A stretch of 64,000 bases of DNA from Opitutales bacterium (GTDB lineage Bacteria; Verrucomicrobiota; Verrucomicrobiia; Opitutales; JABSRG01), in NCBI GenBank assembly GCA_049599475.1, contig JBMYOQ010000015.1, positions 13,649 through 77,648 of the forward strand, in the 5' to 3' direction. Below, in pieces: positions 40,734 to 50,180 of this stretch. The translations under genes and the position numbers were made by a program. Position 1 is the first letter of the stretch; each line of letters starts with the position of its first letter. The notes beneath the pieces were generated by a model. That model searched no databases. It saw only the letters and a list, made by a program, of their open reading frames with translations, and was not told the DNA's origin.

Positions 40734-43700
40734 CTAGTGGAAGTCGTGTGAAGCTCCGGCCGGGAGGCTGGCGGAGAGCATTGGCTCGATGTGGCGGGCT
40801 TTTATGTGGATAGTGCCTTCGGCTTTTTGGAGGATGCCCTGAATATGTAGGAAGGGTTCGCTAACGATGATTAGGCGCCGTTCTTCGAACATCTGCGGGT
40901 ATACTATGATGTTCGCTACGCCGGTTTCGTCCTCGAGGCTGATGAAGACTATACCTTTTGCAGTGCCGGGTCTTTGGCGGCAGATCACTGCTCCTGCAAT
41001 GGCGACGAAGCTATTGTTACCGCATTTTTCGAGGTCGCTTGCGCGGCGAATGTGCTTAGGGAGGTTATCCCGTATCTGCCGCATGGGGTGGGCGCCTACC
41101 GTTACTCCGGTAGTTGCGAAGTCTGTCTGCACGCGCTCTTCCCAGGTCATTGGGTTGAGCGGAGTCTCTGGTTCTAGCAGATTGTCGTCTGTGTTGCTAA
41201 AGAGATCATCCACTTGGCTAGAAGAGGCTTCGACTGCCCAGAGCGCACTTCGGCGATCTCTGGCTAGAGTGTTCAAGGTGCCTGCGCTTGCGAGGGTACG
41301 GAGCTCGTCGTGATTGAAGCGCGTGCGTCGGCAGAAATCGAAGATGCTGCTGAAAGGCTGTTCATCGCGGCTTGTGATCATGTGTTTCATCGCGTTTTGG
41401 CTGACGCTTTTTATCATCTTCAACCCAAGACGTATTCGTTTTTCGCCGGGAATAGTCGCCAGCCACGAGGATTTTTCTACGCATGGGGCATCGAAGTGCA
41501 GTCCATGGCGTTTGGCATCTTGGATAAGCGTTGCCGCAGAGTAGAAACCCATGGGTTGGTTGTTGAGCAAGCCCGTGTAGAATTCCTCGGGATAGTGGAC
41601 CTTTAGATAAGCGCTCGCGTAAGCGAGTATCGCAAAACTAATGGCATGTGATTCGGGAAAGCCGTATAGGGCAAATGAGCTAATGGCTGATACAATCTGT
41701 GCTCTTTTATCTTCTTCGACACCATTGGCGGTGAGGGCTGCTTCAAGTTCGCCTTTTACCCGATTCATCAACACTTCAGATCGGTGAAAGCTTAGGGCTT
41801 TGCGCAAGCGTTCGGCTTGTGATCCCGTAAAATTTGCCATCACCATGGCCATCTTAAGGACCTGTTCTTGGAAGAGAGGGATTCCTAATGTGCGTTCGAG
41901 CACTGGAACCAGGCGTTGATCGATGTAGGTGATGTCCTGTTTGCCCGCGCGACGTTCTAGGTAAGGGTGCGCGAGTTGGCCGACGATAGGGCCTGGTCGA
42001 ATAATGGCGACTTCTACGACGAGGTCATAGAATTGTCGTGGCTTCATCCGAGGCAGTGTGGCCATTTGTGCGCGGCTTTCGATTTGGAAGACTCCTATTG
42101 TATCTGCTGCACACATGAGATCGTAGGTCTCTGGGTCGTCTTTTGGGATTTTTGCGATGTCTATCGGTCGTTTCCGTTCTGCTGCCAATGTGATGGCGTC
42201 TTGAATAGCAGCCATCATCCCGAGGCCTAAGAGATCTACTTTGATAATGCCCAATTGCTCGCAGTCGTCTTTGTCCCATTGCACCACGGATCTTCCAGGC
42301 ATGGATGCATTTTCGAGTGGCACGATAGAGTCTAGGCGTCCCTGACAGATCACCATACCCCCAGAGTGTTGACCCAAGTGTCGTGGCAGTCCGTAAATTT
42401 GCTCATATAATACTTTGAGTGCAGGCGCTCTTGGGTGATCGGGGCGAATGCCGGCCTGCTTGAGCTGATTTTCCATATCAAGAGTGTTGGGGTAATCTCC
42501 TCGTGAGCTGAGTGCTGAAAACCGGCTGATGGTTTCCTCTGGAAAGTTTAAGACTTTACCAATTTCGCGAATGGCGCTGCGTCCACGGTAGGTGATGACA
42601 TTTGCTGTCATCGCGGCTCCATTACGTCCGTAGCGCCGGTAGACTTCTTGAATGACACGTTCCCTGCGATCGCCACTAGGGAGATCGAGATCGATATCTG
42701 GCCACGATTTTCTGCCTTCGCTGAGAAAGCGCTCAAAGAGTAGTTTTCCTCCGATGGGATCGCAGGCAGTTATGCCTAAGCAATAGCATACAGCGCTATT
42801 CGCGGCACTTCCACGTCCTTGCACCATGATATTTTCCTGTTCACAGAAGCGTACGATATCCCAAACAATTAGGAAGTATCCGCTGAACCCTAGTCGTTCG
42901 ATGAGGTTCAGTTCATGGTCTAACTGCTTGCGGACTTTAAGTGTTACTTTATTGTATCGCCTTTGAGCCCCTGCGTAGGTCTCACGACGTAAAAAAGCAT
43001 CCATGCTTTCGCCATGCGGAGTCGGATATATAGGGAATTCGTAGCCTAGATTTTCTAGGGAAAATTCGAGGCGTTCGCTGAGTTTGCGTGTTTCTGTTAT
43101 AGCCTCGGGTAGATCGGCGAACAGAGCCTGCATTTCTGCTGCGGTTTTAACATGACGCTCATGGTTCTGGCTGAGAAGACGGCCTGCTGCGTCGAGATGT
43201 GTGTGGTGGCGGAGGCAGGTAAAAACGTCGCAAATCCGCCGACTAGGAGGTGTGCTGTAGGATACTCCATTCGTTGCGATGAGGGGAAGGTCTGTGGATG
43301 AGGCTAGATCTTGGAGTAGTTTATTAGGGACCACCTCGTCACGGGTGCGATGCCTTTGGATTTCGATGTAGAGGTGCCGTTTGCCAAAGATTTTATAGAG
43401 TTGGTCAAAACCGTTTTGAATCCCACGAATGTCTTGATGGGGCCAGTTCCTGAGAAGAGGGCCTTCGAAATCTCCCGATAGTGCAATGAGTCCATTTTTG
43501 TGATCCGCGAGCTCAGTCCATTCAACATACGCTTCTCCTTTGGGAGATCGTAATTTACTCATAGTCAGTAGTTTACATATATTTTGATAGCCTTGACGAG
43601 TCGCCGCGAGTAAGGGTACTACCGCTCCGTCGGACAGAGTGACTTCTGCGCCGACGTGAGCTCTGATCCCTAGTTCCTGTGCGGTATGGTGTGCTCGTGG

Positions 43701-43859
43701 GTTCCCGTAGAATCCGTCGCGATCACACAGAGCAAATGCCGGAATACCCATATCGGCAAACTGCTCCGTGAGGACTTCTGGTTTGGATGCTCCGCGTAGG
43801 AAACTGAAGGCGCTACGCGCATGGAGTTCGATATACATGGGCTGTGAATGTCTACCCAT
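40734..43859 (-). CDS. dnaE2: Error-prone DNA polymerase DnaE2 (ImuC)
   Basis: ELHARSAFSFLRGAS, GRGSAANS, PDIDLD, PRHLGQHSGG, C-terminal SHDFH. Start may be ATG 43838. Confidence 0.96.
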   Translation of the reverse strand: MGRHSQPMYIELHARSAFSFLRGASKPEVLTEQFADMGIPAFALCDRDGFYGNPRAHHTAQELGIRAHVGAEVTLSDGAVVPLLAATRQGYQNICKLLTMSKLRSPKGEAYVEWTELADHKNGLIALSGDFEGPLLRNWPHQDIRGIQNGFDQLYKIFGKRHLYIEIQRHRTRDEVVPNKLLQDLASSTDLPLIATNGVSYSTPPSRRICDVFTCLRHHTHLDAAGRLLSQNHERHVKTAAEMQALFADLPEAITETRKLSERLEFSLENLGYEFPIYPTPHGESMDAFLRRETYAGAQRRYNKVTLKVRKQLDHELNLIERLGFSGYFLIVWDIVRFCEQENIMVQGRGSAANSAVCYCLGITACDPIGGKLLFERFLSEGRKSWPDIDLDLPSGDRRERVIQEVYRRYGRNGAAMTANVITYRGRSAIREIGKVLNFPEETISRFSALSSRGDYPNTLDMENQLKQAGIRPDHPRAPALKVLYEQIYGLPRHLGQHSGGMVICQGRLDSIVPLENASMPGRSVVQWDKDDCEQLGIIKVDLLGLGMMAAIQDAITLAAERKRPIDIAKIPKDDPETYDLMCAADTIGVFQIESRAQMATLPRMKPRQFYDLVVEVAIIRPGPIVGQLAHPYLERRAGKQDITYIDQRLVPVLERTLGIPLFQEQVLKMAMVMANFTGSQAERLRKALSFHRSEVLMNRVKGELEAALTANGVEEDKRAQIVSAISSFALYGFPESHAISFAILAYASAYLKVHYPEEFYTGLLNNQPMGFYSAATLIQDAKRHGLHFDAPCVEKSSWLATIPGEKRIRLGLKMIKSVSQNAMKHMITSRDEQPFSSIFDFCRRTRFNHDELRTLASAGTLNTLARDRRSALWAVEASSSQVDDLFSNTDDNLLEPETPLNPMTWEERVQTDFATTGVTVGAHPMRQIRDNLPKHIRRASDLEKCGNNSFVAIAGAVICRQRPGTAKGIVFISLEDETGVANIIVYPQMFEERRLIIVSEPFLHIQGILQKAEGTIHIKARHIEPMLSASLPAGASHDFH

Positions 43860-45312
43860 ACGAGCCTTCGAAAAACCAACCTTTGGAGGACTGTGATATG
43901 CGGTAAATCTGTTTGTTCTCCAATTGAACGTCCCATTCCGTTTGCTTCCAAAATTGCTGGTCCCACCAATCCCCTGATATTTCGAAGGGGCCTCGTGCGT
44001 CTATAATACGCCCTTTGAGTGTGGTCGTACGTAGGTATGCCGGGCGGCCGGTGTGTAAAATGACATGGGCGACTTGGGGTGGGCGGCATCTCCTTAAGGG
44101 AGGGCCATAAGGTTCGGGTTCCGGTTCTTCGAGCTCCCAGATTTCTAGAGTTTTCTCCAGCGGTTTGAGTCGGATGGCGTCGGGTCGGTGTGTATTGAGA
44201 AATGAGGGAGTTCCGACGTTTTCCTCGCCTACGATGGCTGCGAGACGATCGATCGTGTCTGCGAGCCTCCATGGATTTTTGATAGAGGTCTCGAAGATTT
44301 GGCGTTGCTGAGCAGTGGGCTCGATTGGCTCTATCTTTAAAGATAGTCCGGTGATAGCACCTGGAATTTGTACATTCTCCAGTGATTTCTCGATTACTGA
44401 GAAAAGTGTATCTTGCCAGCATATTGGCTCGGGCAGTTGGATTGCCTTTTGCCATGGGTCTGCGTCTTCGAGTTTTAGTTGGATCTCGATCGCTTGCGCT
44501 AGGAGATGGGCGCATTTGAGCTGATTGCACAGGTCGGTGATGAATCTACGGAGTATGAACAGGAGCGGCTCCAACGTGTATAGCGGATATTCTAATTCGA
44601 GAGATTCTTTAAACGTAGGGGTTTCTGGATTGACGACTAAGAGGCGTCTTTTGCGGCCCATCGCACGTTCCCAAAGGTCTCGACCTGTTTGGCCGAAGCG
44701 ATCCGTCACTGCGTCTATGGGCATTCGTGTGAAAGCGCCAAGAGTTTTGATTCCCCACAAATTAAGAACGGCGATAAGGTCGTGATCTTGGCAGCTTGTG
44801 TTTACGGGGCAGGTATCGAGGAAGGCCTGAGTATCGCGAATTATAAGCAGGTTGGATTTCGAGCTCTGTGCGCCAAATTCAGCGAGATCTGGCGTCGGAG
44901 CGAACACCATGTGCGCAGAGAGACCGAGGTCTTTGATGTGCTTTTGGATATGTCGGGCTAGAGCCTTGGGCCGAAGGTCTTTGATCCCGCTTATGTCGGA
45001 GATGTATAGACCAGGGCGTGTTTCTTCTGTAATTGGACTTATGCCTAGGCTGAGGTTTTGGAGTGCTCGACTGGTGCTTGTTTCACTGGTTGGGCATTGG
45101 GCGAAAACACGCGTATTTGGGTCGCGCGAGAGGGCCTGAATGGATGATATCCCGGGCGTGATTTTTTTCTGGCGGGCAGCAGCGTTTGCTTCGAGAACGA
45201 GGGAGCTTTGGGTAACGTCTTCGACTAATATTGCTGAAGGCTTCAGTCCCTCTGCTGTAAGGCGGAGTCGACATTGTAGGGCAAAGCACGGTATGTGGAG
45301 CGCAGAAAACAT
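43852..45312 (-). CDS. imuB: ImuB (Y-family pseudopolymerase)
   Basis: Y-family fold, LWGIKTLG; C-terminal GPFEISGDWW..EWDV..YRI..WFFEGSYG; upstream of dnaE2. Confidence 0.9.
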   Translation of the reverse strand: MFSALHIPCFALQCRLRLTAEGLKPSAILVEDVTQSSLVLEANAAARQKKITPGISSIQALSRDPNTRVFAQCPTSETSTSRALQNLSLGISPITEETRPGLYISDISGIKDLRPKALARHIQKHIKDLGLSAHMVFAPTPDLAEFGAQSSKSNLLIIRDTQAFLDTCPVNTSCQDHDLIAVLNLWGIKTLGAFTRMPIDAVTDRFGQTGRDLWERAMGRKRRLLVVNPETPTFKESLELEYPLYTLEPLLFILRRFITDLCNQLKCAHLLAQAIEIQLKLEDADPWQKAIQLPEPICWQDTLFSVIEKSLENVQIPGAITGLSLKIEPIEPTAQQRQIFETSIKNPWRLADTIDRLAAIVGEENVGTPSFLNTHRPDAIRLKPLEKTLEIWELEEPEPEPYGPPLRRCRPPQVAHVILHTGRPAYLRTTTLKGRIIDARGPFEISGDWWDQQFWKQTEWDVQLENKQIYRISQSSKGWFFEGSYG

Positions 45313-45325
45313 TGTTTCACGAAGC

Positions 45326-45970
45326 TTAAGACGCCTGGGCTTCTTGTTGTTTTTGCGCACTTATCTGGATCCATGGCTGTGCTTGGGGGCTGAGTGTGCG
45401 TTGGCGAATGATGGATGTGTTTAAGTGTTCCGATAGGTCCGAGCGTTTCTTGTGAAAGCTGCTTAAATCTAAGTGAGCACCGATTTCGATGCGCAATTGA
45501 GATGCTGCTATGCTCGGGAACGAGGTCGCCGCGATCAGTGTAGAGTTTTGATTTTGGGCAATGCGTTGTAAGCGATACCAATGGCTTTGGGGTATGCGCT
45601 TGAGTGCTGAATGAGACAGGGTACGCAGATCTATCAGGATAATCCTGAAGTTTTCATCGCGAATTAAAACATCTGCAGCACGGAGGGCTTGTGACTGTTC
45701 GCGACAACGTACCCAGAGAATGTGCCGCAGGGCTTCGGAGCTAAGTTGAGATGGATTCCAAGTCTGCTGAGTATCAATGATCGCTGCGTAGGATTGCAGT
45801 TTAGAGGCTTCTTCGAGAAGCGCCTCGACATGTATTTGTGCGCCACAGGCTATTTGACTCTCAACCAGCTCTAAGCACGCCGATCCAAGCCAGTCTCTAA
45901 CTAGAATCTGACGGTCCGTTGCGTGCCAATGCGATACGTCGGACTTACTTGGATTAAAGGCAATGATCAT
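45326..45970 (-). CDS. imuA: ImuA (RecA-like) protein
   Basis: AAIID...LWVRC...ALRAADVLIRDENFRIILIDL..W.RLQR; first gene of the cassette. Confidence 0.82.
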   Translation of the reverse strand: MIIAFNPSKSDVSHWHATDRQILVRDWLGSACLELVESQIACGAQIHVEALLEEASKLQSYAAIIDTQQTWNPSQLSSEALRHILWVRCREQSQALRAADVLIRDENFRIILIDLRTLSHSALKRIPQSHWYRLQRIAQNQNSTLIAATSFPSIAASQLRIEIGAHLDLSSFHKKRSDLSEHLNTSIIRQRTLSPQAQPWIQISAQKQQEAQAS

Positions 45971-45981
45971 TCATCTGAAAT

Positions 45982-45999
45982 AGTGAACATATATTCACT
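45982..45999. promoter_or_regulatory. Palindromic operator (putative SOS box) in the imuA promoter spacer
   Basis: AGTGAACATATATTCACT between minus-strand TTGAAA (46000-46005) and TATTTC (45977-45982). Confidence 0.65.
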
Positions 46000-46023
46000 T
46001 TTCAAGCTTGCCTCATGCATCTT

Positions 46024-46201
46024 CCCTACTACTGTAATTCAGAAAAGTTATTGTTGATTATGGATAAACCGAAGACGTTGAAGAGGGCTTTAATGCCCCG
46101 GGGAGATGTGGGCCCTACTACTGTAATTCAGAAAAGTTATTGTTGATTATGGATAAACCGAAGACGTTGAAGAGGGCTTTAATGCCCCGGGGAGATGTGG
46201 G
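46024..46201 (+). repeat. Exact 89 bp tandem duplication covering the repeat motif and RAYT start
   Basis: 46024-46112 is identical to 46113-46201. Confidence 0.95.
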
Positions 46202-47135
46202 GGTATACCACGTTATTTCGCGTGCCGCTTTTGGGCAGGCTGTTTTTGATCGGCGAGGTAAGGAGGTGTTTGTGCGGATGCTGCGGCGTCAGGCAGTATT
46301 TTCTGGGGTAGATATCCTTACCTTTTGTGTTATGGACAATCACTTCCACTTGCTGGTCCGTGTTGGTGGCGAGGATTTACAAAGTTTGAGCGATCGAGAA
46401 ATTGCTCGCCGTTACCGGGCTTTGTATGGGCATTGTCAAGAGATGCATCCAGGGCAACTGCACCCGAATGATGTGGATAGTATTTTGCAAATAGATGGGG
46501 AGCGCGCTGTGGGTTTGCGGACAAAGCTTAAGAGGCGAATGGGGGATTTGTCGTGCTTTGTCCAGGAGCTCAAACTGCGTTATGCGCGTTGGTACAATCA
46601 CAAATATGGAAATCGAGGTAGCATCTGGGCTGCGCGCTATAAGAGCGTGATGGTCGAGCCTAAGGGTCCAGCTGTTGAGGTCTTGGCTACTTATATTGAT
46701 TTAAATCCAGTACGAGCCGGGATTGTGGAGGACCCCGCACACTATCGTTGGTCTGGCTACGGTGAGGCCGCTGCAGGTGTTCTGTCGGCGAGAAAAGGTC
46801 TAGAGCTGGTTATGAATAATCAGCCCGGAGATTTCATGGCGGCCTATCGAGAGAAGCTTGGAGTGGTTGCTCGTTTTTGCACGCGTGGTGATAAATCACG
46901 GATGAGCCAAGAAGTGTTTGAAAAAATCCGGAATACTCAGGGGCAGCTGAATGAGAGGGAGTTGCTCAGTCTCAAGGTCCGTTATTTTGCTGATGGATTT
47001 ATTTTAGGTTCGGAACGCTTTTTGGGCGAGCAGCGTGATCGCTTAGGTCTTCGGCGTTCGAAAGAGGCATTGGGGGTCGGACTGCTTGATGGGGTATGCA
47101 GCTTCCGGTGTCTGCGTAAGGACATCGTGAGCTGA
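46149..47135 (+). CDS. REP-associated tyrosine transposase (RAYT, HUH Y1)
   Basis: YHVISR, FCVMDNHFHLLV (HUH), WAARYKS, YIDLNPVRAG..YRWS. Confidence 0.9.
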   Translation: MDKPKTLKRALMPRGDVGVYHVISRAAFGQAVFDRRGKEVFVRMLRRQAVFSGVDILTFCVMDNHFHLLVRVGGEDLQSLSDREIARRYRALYGHCQEMHPGQLHPNDVDSILQIDGERAVGLRTKLKRRMGDLSCFVQELKLRYARWYNHKYGNRGSIWAARYKSVMVEPKGPAVEVLATYIDLNPVRAGIVEDPAHYRWSGYGEAAAGVLSARKGLELVMNNQPGDFMAAYREKLGVVARFCTRGDKSRMSQEVFEKIRNTQGQLNERELLSLKVRYFADGFILGSERFLGEQRDRLGLRRSKEALGVGLLDGVCSFRCLRKDIVS

Positions 47136-47163
47136 GTATGGCTCACTATTAGACGTTCAGAAA

Positions 47164-47193
47164 TCAACAATAATTTCTCTGAGAAATAATGAG
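47164..47193 (-). repeat. Right, inverted copy of RAYT-linked repeat
   Basis: TCAACAATAATTTCTCTGAGAAATAATGAG, containing the palindrome ATTTCTC-T-GAGAAAT. Confidence 0.7.
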
Positions 47194-47253
47194 CAGGTAG
47201 AAGAATGGAAAGGTGGGTTGATTCTTTTGTGAGGAGGTGCTGATGATATAAGG

Positions 47254-48678
47254 ATGGAGTCTGTCTTTAATGTATTAGCTGATCGTTATGCCTCGTCGGA
47301 TATGCTGGGTATTTGGTCGGCCGAGGGTAAGATACGAGTTGAGCGTTCTTTGTGGATCGCGGTTATGCGCGCGCAGCAGTCGCTGGGGTTGAGCATACCT
47401 GATGAAGCTATTGATGCCTATGAGCGTGTGGTGGATACCGTTGATGTTGCTTCGATCAAGGAGCGGGAGCGTATAACACGTCACGATGTGAAGGCTCGCA
47501 TTGAGGAGTTTTGTGATCTCGCAGGCCATGAATATGTCCATATGGGGATGACTAGCCGGGATCTTACTGAAAATGTAGAGCAGCTTCAGGTTAAGCGCTC
47601 TTTGGATCTTGTGCTGAAAAAGGCCATTGCTGTCTTGGCCAAAATTCAAGCACGCGCGGAGGAGAATATTGCGACTCCATTGGCGGCTCGTACGCACAAC
47701 GTTGCTGCTCAGGTTACATCGGTTGGTAAGCGGTGGGCGATGTTTGGTGAGGAATTGTTACTATCAGTGAAGCGGCTGGAGTCTTTAATCGAGATGTATC
47801 CACTGCGTGGGCTTAAAGGAGCAGTAGGGACTCAGAAAGATGCCTTACAATTATTAGGAGGCGATGTCTCAAAAGTCCAAACGCTAGAGAAAGCAGTATC
47901 TGATCATTTAGGCTTCGCTGGTTCTCTGAGTAATGTAGGCCAGGTATATCCACGTAGTTTGGATACCGCGGTTGTTGATGCTTTGGTGGAGCTTGCATCC
48001 GGGCCAAGTAATTTTGCCAAAACGCTGCGCTTGATGGCTGGCCAAGATTTGGCAAGTGAAGGATTTGCGCCCGGTCAGACGGGTTCGTCGGCAATGCCTC
48101 ATAAAATGAATAGTCGGAGCTGCGAGCGTGTAAATGGCTTCCATACTATCTTAAAAGGCTATCAGACCATGGCTTCTGGACTCGCGGGTGATCAATGGAA
48201 CGAAGGAGATGTCTCCTGCTCAGTAGTGCGCCGAGTCTGTTTACCTGATGCGTTTTTCGCGATTGATGGTCTGTTTGAAACATTTCTTACCGTGTTGAAC
48301 CAGATGGATGTGAACGACGCCGTTGTCGACGCGGAGGTCGTGCGTTACCTACCATTCCTAGCTTCTACCTCATTACTTATGGCAACTGTCGGGAAGGGCA
48401 TGGGCCGCGAGCAAGCGCATGGATTAGTGAAAAAACATGCCTTGGCAGCCATCGCCGCAATGCGTTCTGGAGAGACTGTTGAGAATCGCATGCTCGCTGA
48501 TCTCTCAACCGAGTCGGATTGGCCGCTTTCTCTGGATGAAATGGAAGCTTTGCTGGAGAAATCAAAATACGAAATGGGGATGGCTGAGAGCCAAGTAAGT
48601 GCATTTTCGAGCTCGGTGGAGGCGCTCATTCACAAGTATCCTGCAGCCAAAGGTGTCGAACCAGAATCCATTCTATAG
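47254..48678 (+). CDS. purB: Adenylosuccinate lyase
   Basis: TRHDVKA, HMGMTS, RTH, GSSAMPHKMN. Confidence 0.95.
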   Translation: MESVFNVLADRYASSDMLGIWSAEGKIRVERSLWIAVMRAQQSLGLSIPDEAIDAYERVVDTVDVASIKERERITRHDVKARIEEFCDLAGHEYVHMGMTSRDLTENVEQLQVKRSLDLVLKKAIAVLAKIQARAEENIATPLAARTHNVAAQVTSVGKRWAMFGEELLLSVKRLESLIEMYPLRGLKGAVGTQKDALQLLGGDVSKVQTLEKAVSDHLGFAGSLSNVGQVYPRSLDTAVVDALVELASGPSNFAKTLRLMAGQDLASEGFAPGQTGSSAMPHKMNSRSCERVNGFHTILKGYQTMASGLAGDQWNEGDVSCSVVRRVCLPDAFFAIDGLFETFLTVLNQMDVNDAVVDAEVVRYLPFLASTSLLMATVGKGMGREQAHGLVKKHALAAIAAMRSGETVENRMLADLSTESDWPLSLDEMEALLEKSKYEMGMAESQVSAFSSSVEALIHKYPAAKGVEPESIL

Positions 48679-48794
48679 AATATCTTTGGAAAATGGAGTA
48701 ATGTTCTGCCCATAGCCTTGCTATATTGCGGGTTTTGGGTTGCGTTCGCTCTACTCCGAAAATACACCCATCCGTTTTAACTTTATCTCAGAAC

Positions 48795-50057
48795 ATGGCC
48801 GAAGAACTTGTAGGAAATTGTCTTGTAGCACAGTCGGGCGGACCCACCGCCGTCATCAACGCTAGTCTAGCGGGTGTTATCACCGAAGCTTTGAACTACG
48901 AATTCATCGAAGAAATCTACGGTGCGAACAACGGAGTCCTCGGAATCCTTAACGAAGATTTTATCGATCTTGCCGAGCAATCGCAGCAGACAGTTCGTGG
49001 GCTCCGCTACACTCCGTCATCTGCCTTGGGCACGTGCCGCTACAAGCTGAAGAAGCAGCAGGATTTTGAACGTGTGCTCGAAGTTTTCCAGGCGCACAAC
49101 ATTCGTTACTTCTTCTACATTGGTGGCAACGATTCTCAAGATACTGCGGACAAGATCTCCAAGCTGGCACAAGAGCGTGGCTACGAGTTGCGTGTGATTG
49201 GCATCCCCAAGACGATCGATAACGATTTGGTCGGCACAGACCACACTCCTGGCTATGGATCAGTTATCAAGTATATCAGTGCCACTGTCCGCGAAATGGC
49301 ATGCGATCACGAGGGAATGGGGCAGCATGATCTGGTGTCCATCCTGGAAGTGATGGGTCGCAGTGCAGGATGGATTGCTGCTGGGGCTTCGTTGGCCAAG
49401 CGTCGCGATCAACCTAATGATCCTCCTCATATCATTTGCCTGCCAGAGGTTGCATTCTCACCCGAGAAATTCATCGCAGATGTCCAGCAAGTGCTCAAGC
49501 GTGAGAAATACTGCTTGGTCGTGGTTGGCGAAGGTCTTGTGGATGAAGACGGCAATTTCGTGTCCACATCATCGGGTGCCAAAGATGCCTTTGGGCATGC
49601 TCAGCTCGGCGGAGCTGGTGACTACTTGATGGGACTCGTTGAAGAGCGTTTGGGCATCAAGGCTCGCTCTGCGAAACTCGGCATTCCGCAGCGCGCAGCT
49701 GCACATTGTTCATCACAAGCAGACAATAATGAAGCCTTCCTTGCTGGCGAAGCAGCGGTCCAAGCAGCTGTAAAAGGTAAGACAGGTAAGATGGTCACGC
49801 TTGTGCGTGGAGAATCTGAGCCCTACACCTGTGAAACGGGTTTGATCGATCTGAGCGAAGTTGCTAACGGCGTAAAGATGCTCCCTCGCGAATGGATCAA
49901 CGAGGATGGCATCAGCATGAATTTCCCATTCTACAAATACGCAAATCCTCTCATTCAGGGAGAAGTCGCAGTGCCCTTCGAGCATGGTGTGCCGAAATTT
50001 GTGCGCCTTGCCCAGGTTAAGGTAGACAGGCTTCTCGAGCCTTACGCGATCGGATAA
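48795..50057 (+). CDS. 6-phosphofructokinase, probably PPi-dependent
   Basis: QSGGPT, IGGNDS (Asp typical of PPi users), PKTIDND, EVMGR. Confidence 0.92.
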   Translation: MAEELVGNCLVAQSGGPTAVINASLAGVITEALNYEFIEEIYGANNGVLGILNEDFIDLAEQSQQTVRGLRYTPSSALGTCRYKLKKQQDFERVLEVFQAHNIRYFFYIGGNDSQDTADKISKLAQERGYELRVIGIPKTIDNDLVGTDHTPGYGSVIKYISATVREMACDHEGMGQHDLVSILEVMGRSAGWIAAGASLAKRRDQPNDPPHIICLPEVAFSPEKFIADVQQVLKREKYCLVVVGEGLVDEDGNFVSTSSGAKDAFGHAQLGGAGDYLMGLVEERLGIKARSAKLGIPQRAAAHCSSQADNNEAFLAGEAAVQAAVKGKTGKMVTLVRGESEPYTCETGLIDLSEVANGVKMLPREWINEDGISMNFPFYKYANPLIQGEVAVPFEHGVPKFVRLAQVKVDRLLEPYAIG

Positions 50058-50080
50058 GCGATTCGCTTAACCTCTTTTCG

Positions 50081-50113
50081 AGCCCGTGGTCTTTGATGGA
50101 TCGCGGGCTTTTT
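50081..50113 (+). terminator. Rho-independent terminator
   Basis: AGCCCGTGGTC..GATCGCGGGCT-TTTT. Confidence 0.8.
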
Positions 50114-50180
50114 GTTTCTAATGCAAAGTTTGGCTCAAAAAACTTGAAGGATGCTGGGCTGAGATGTCGTCTTATTACCA

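Noticed and set aside
43670..44530. 286 aa alternative-frame ORF
   Set aside because: Overlaps imuB/dnaE2 out of frame; Arg/Pro-rich and motif-free.
46024..46201. CRISPR array
   Set aside because: Two abutting identical units with no spacers and no cas genes.
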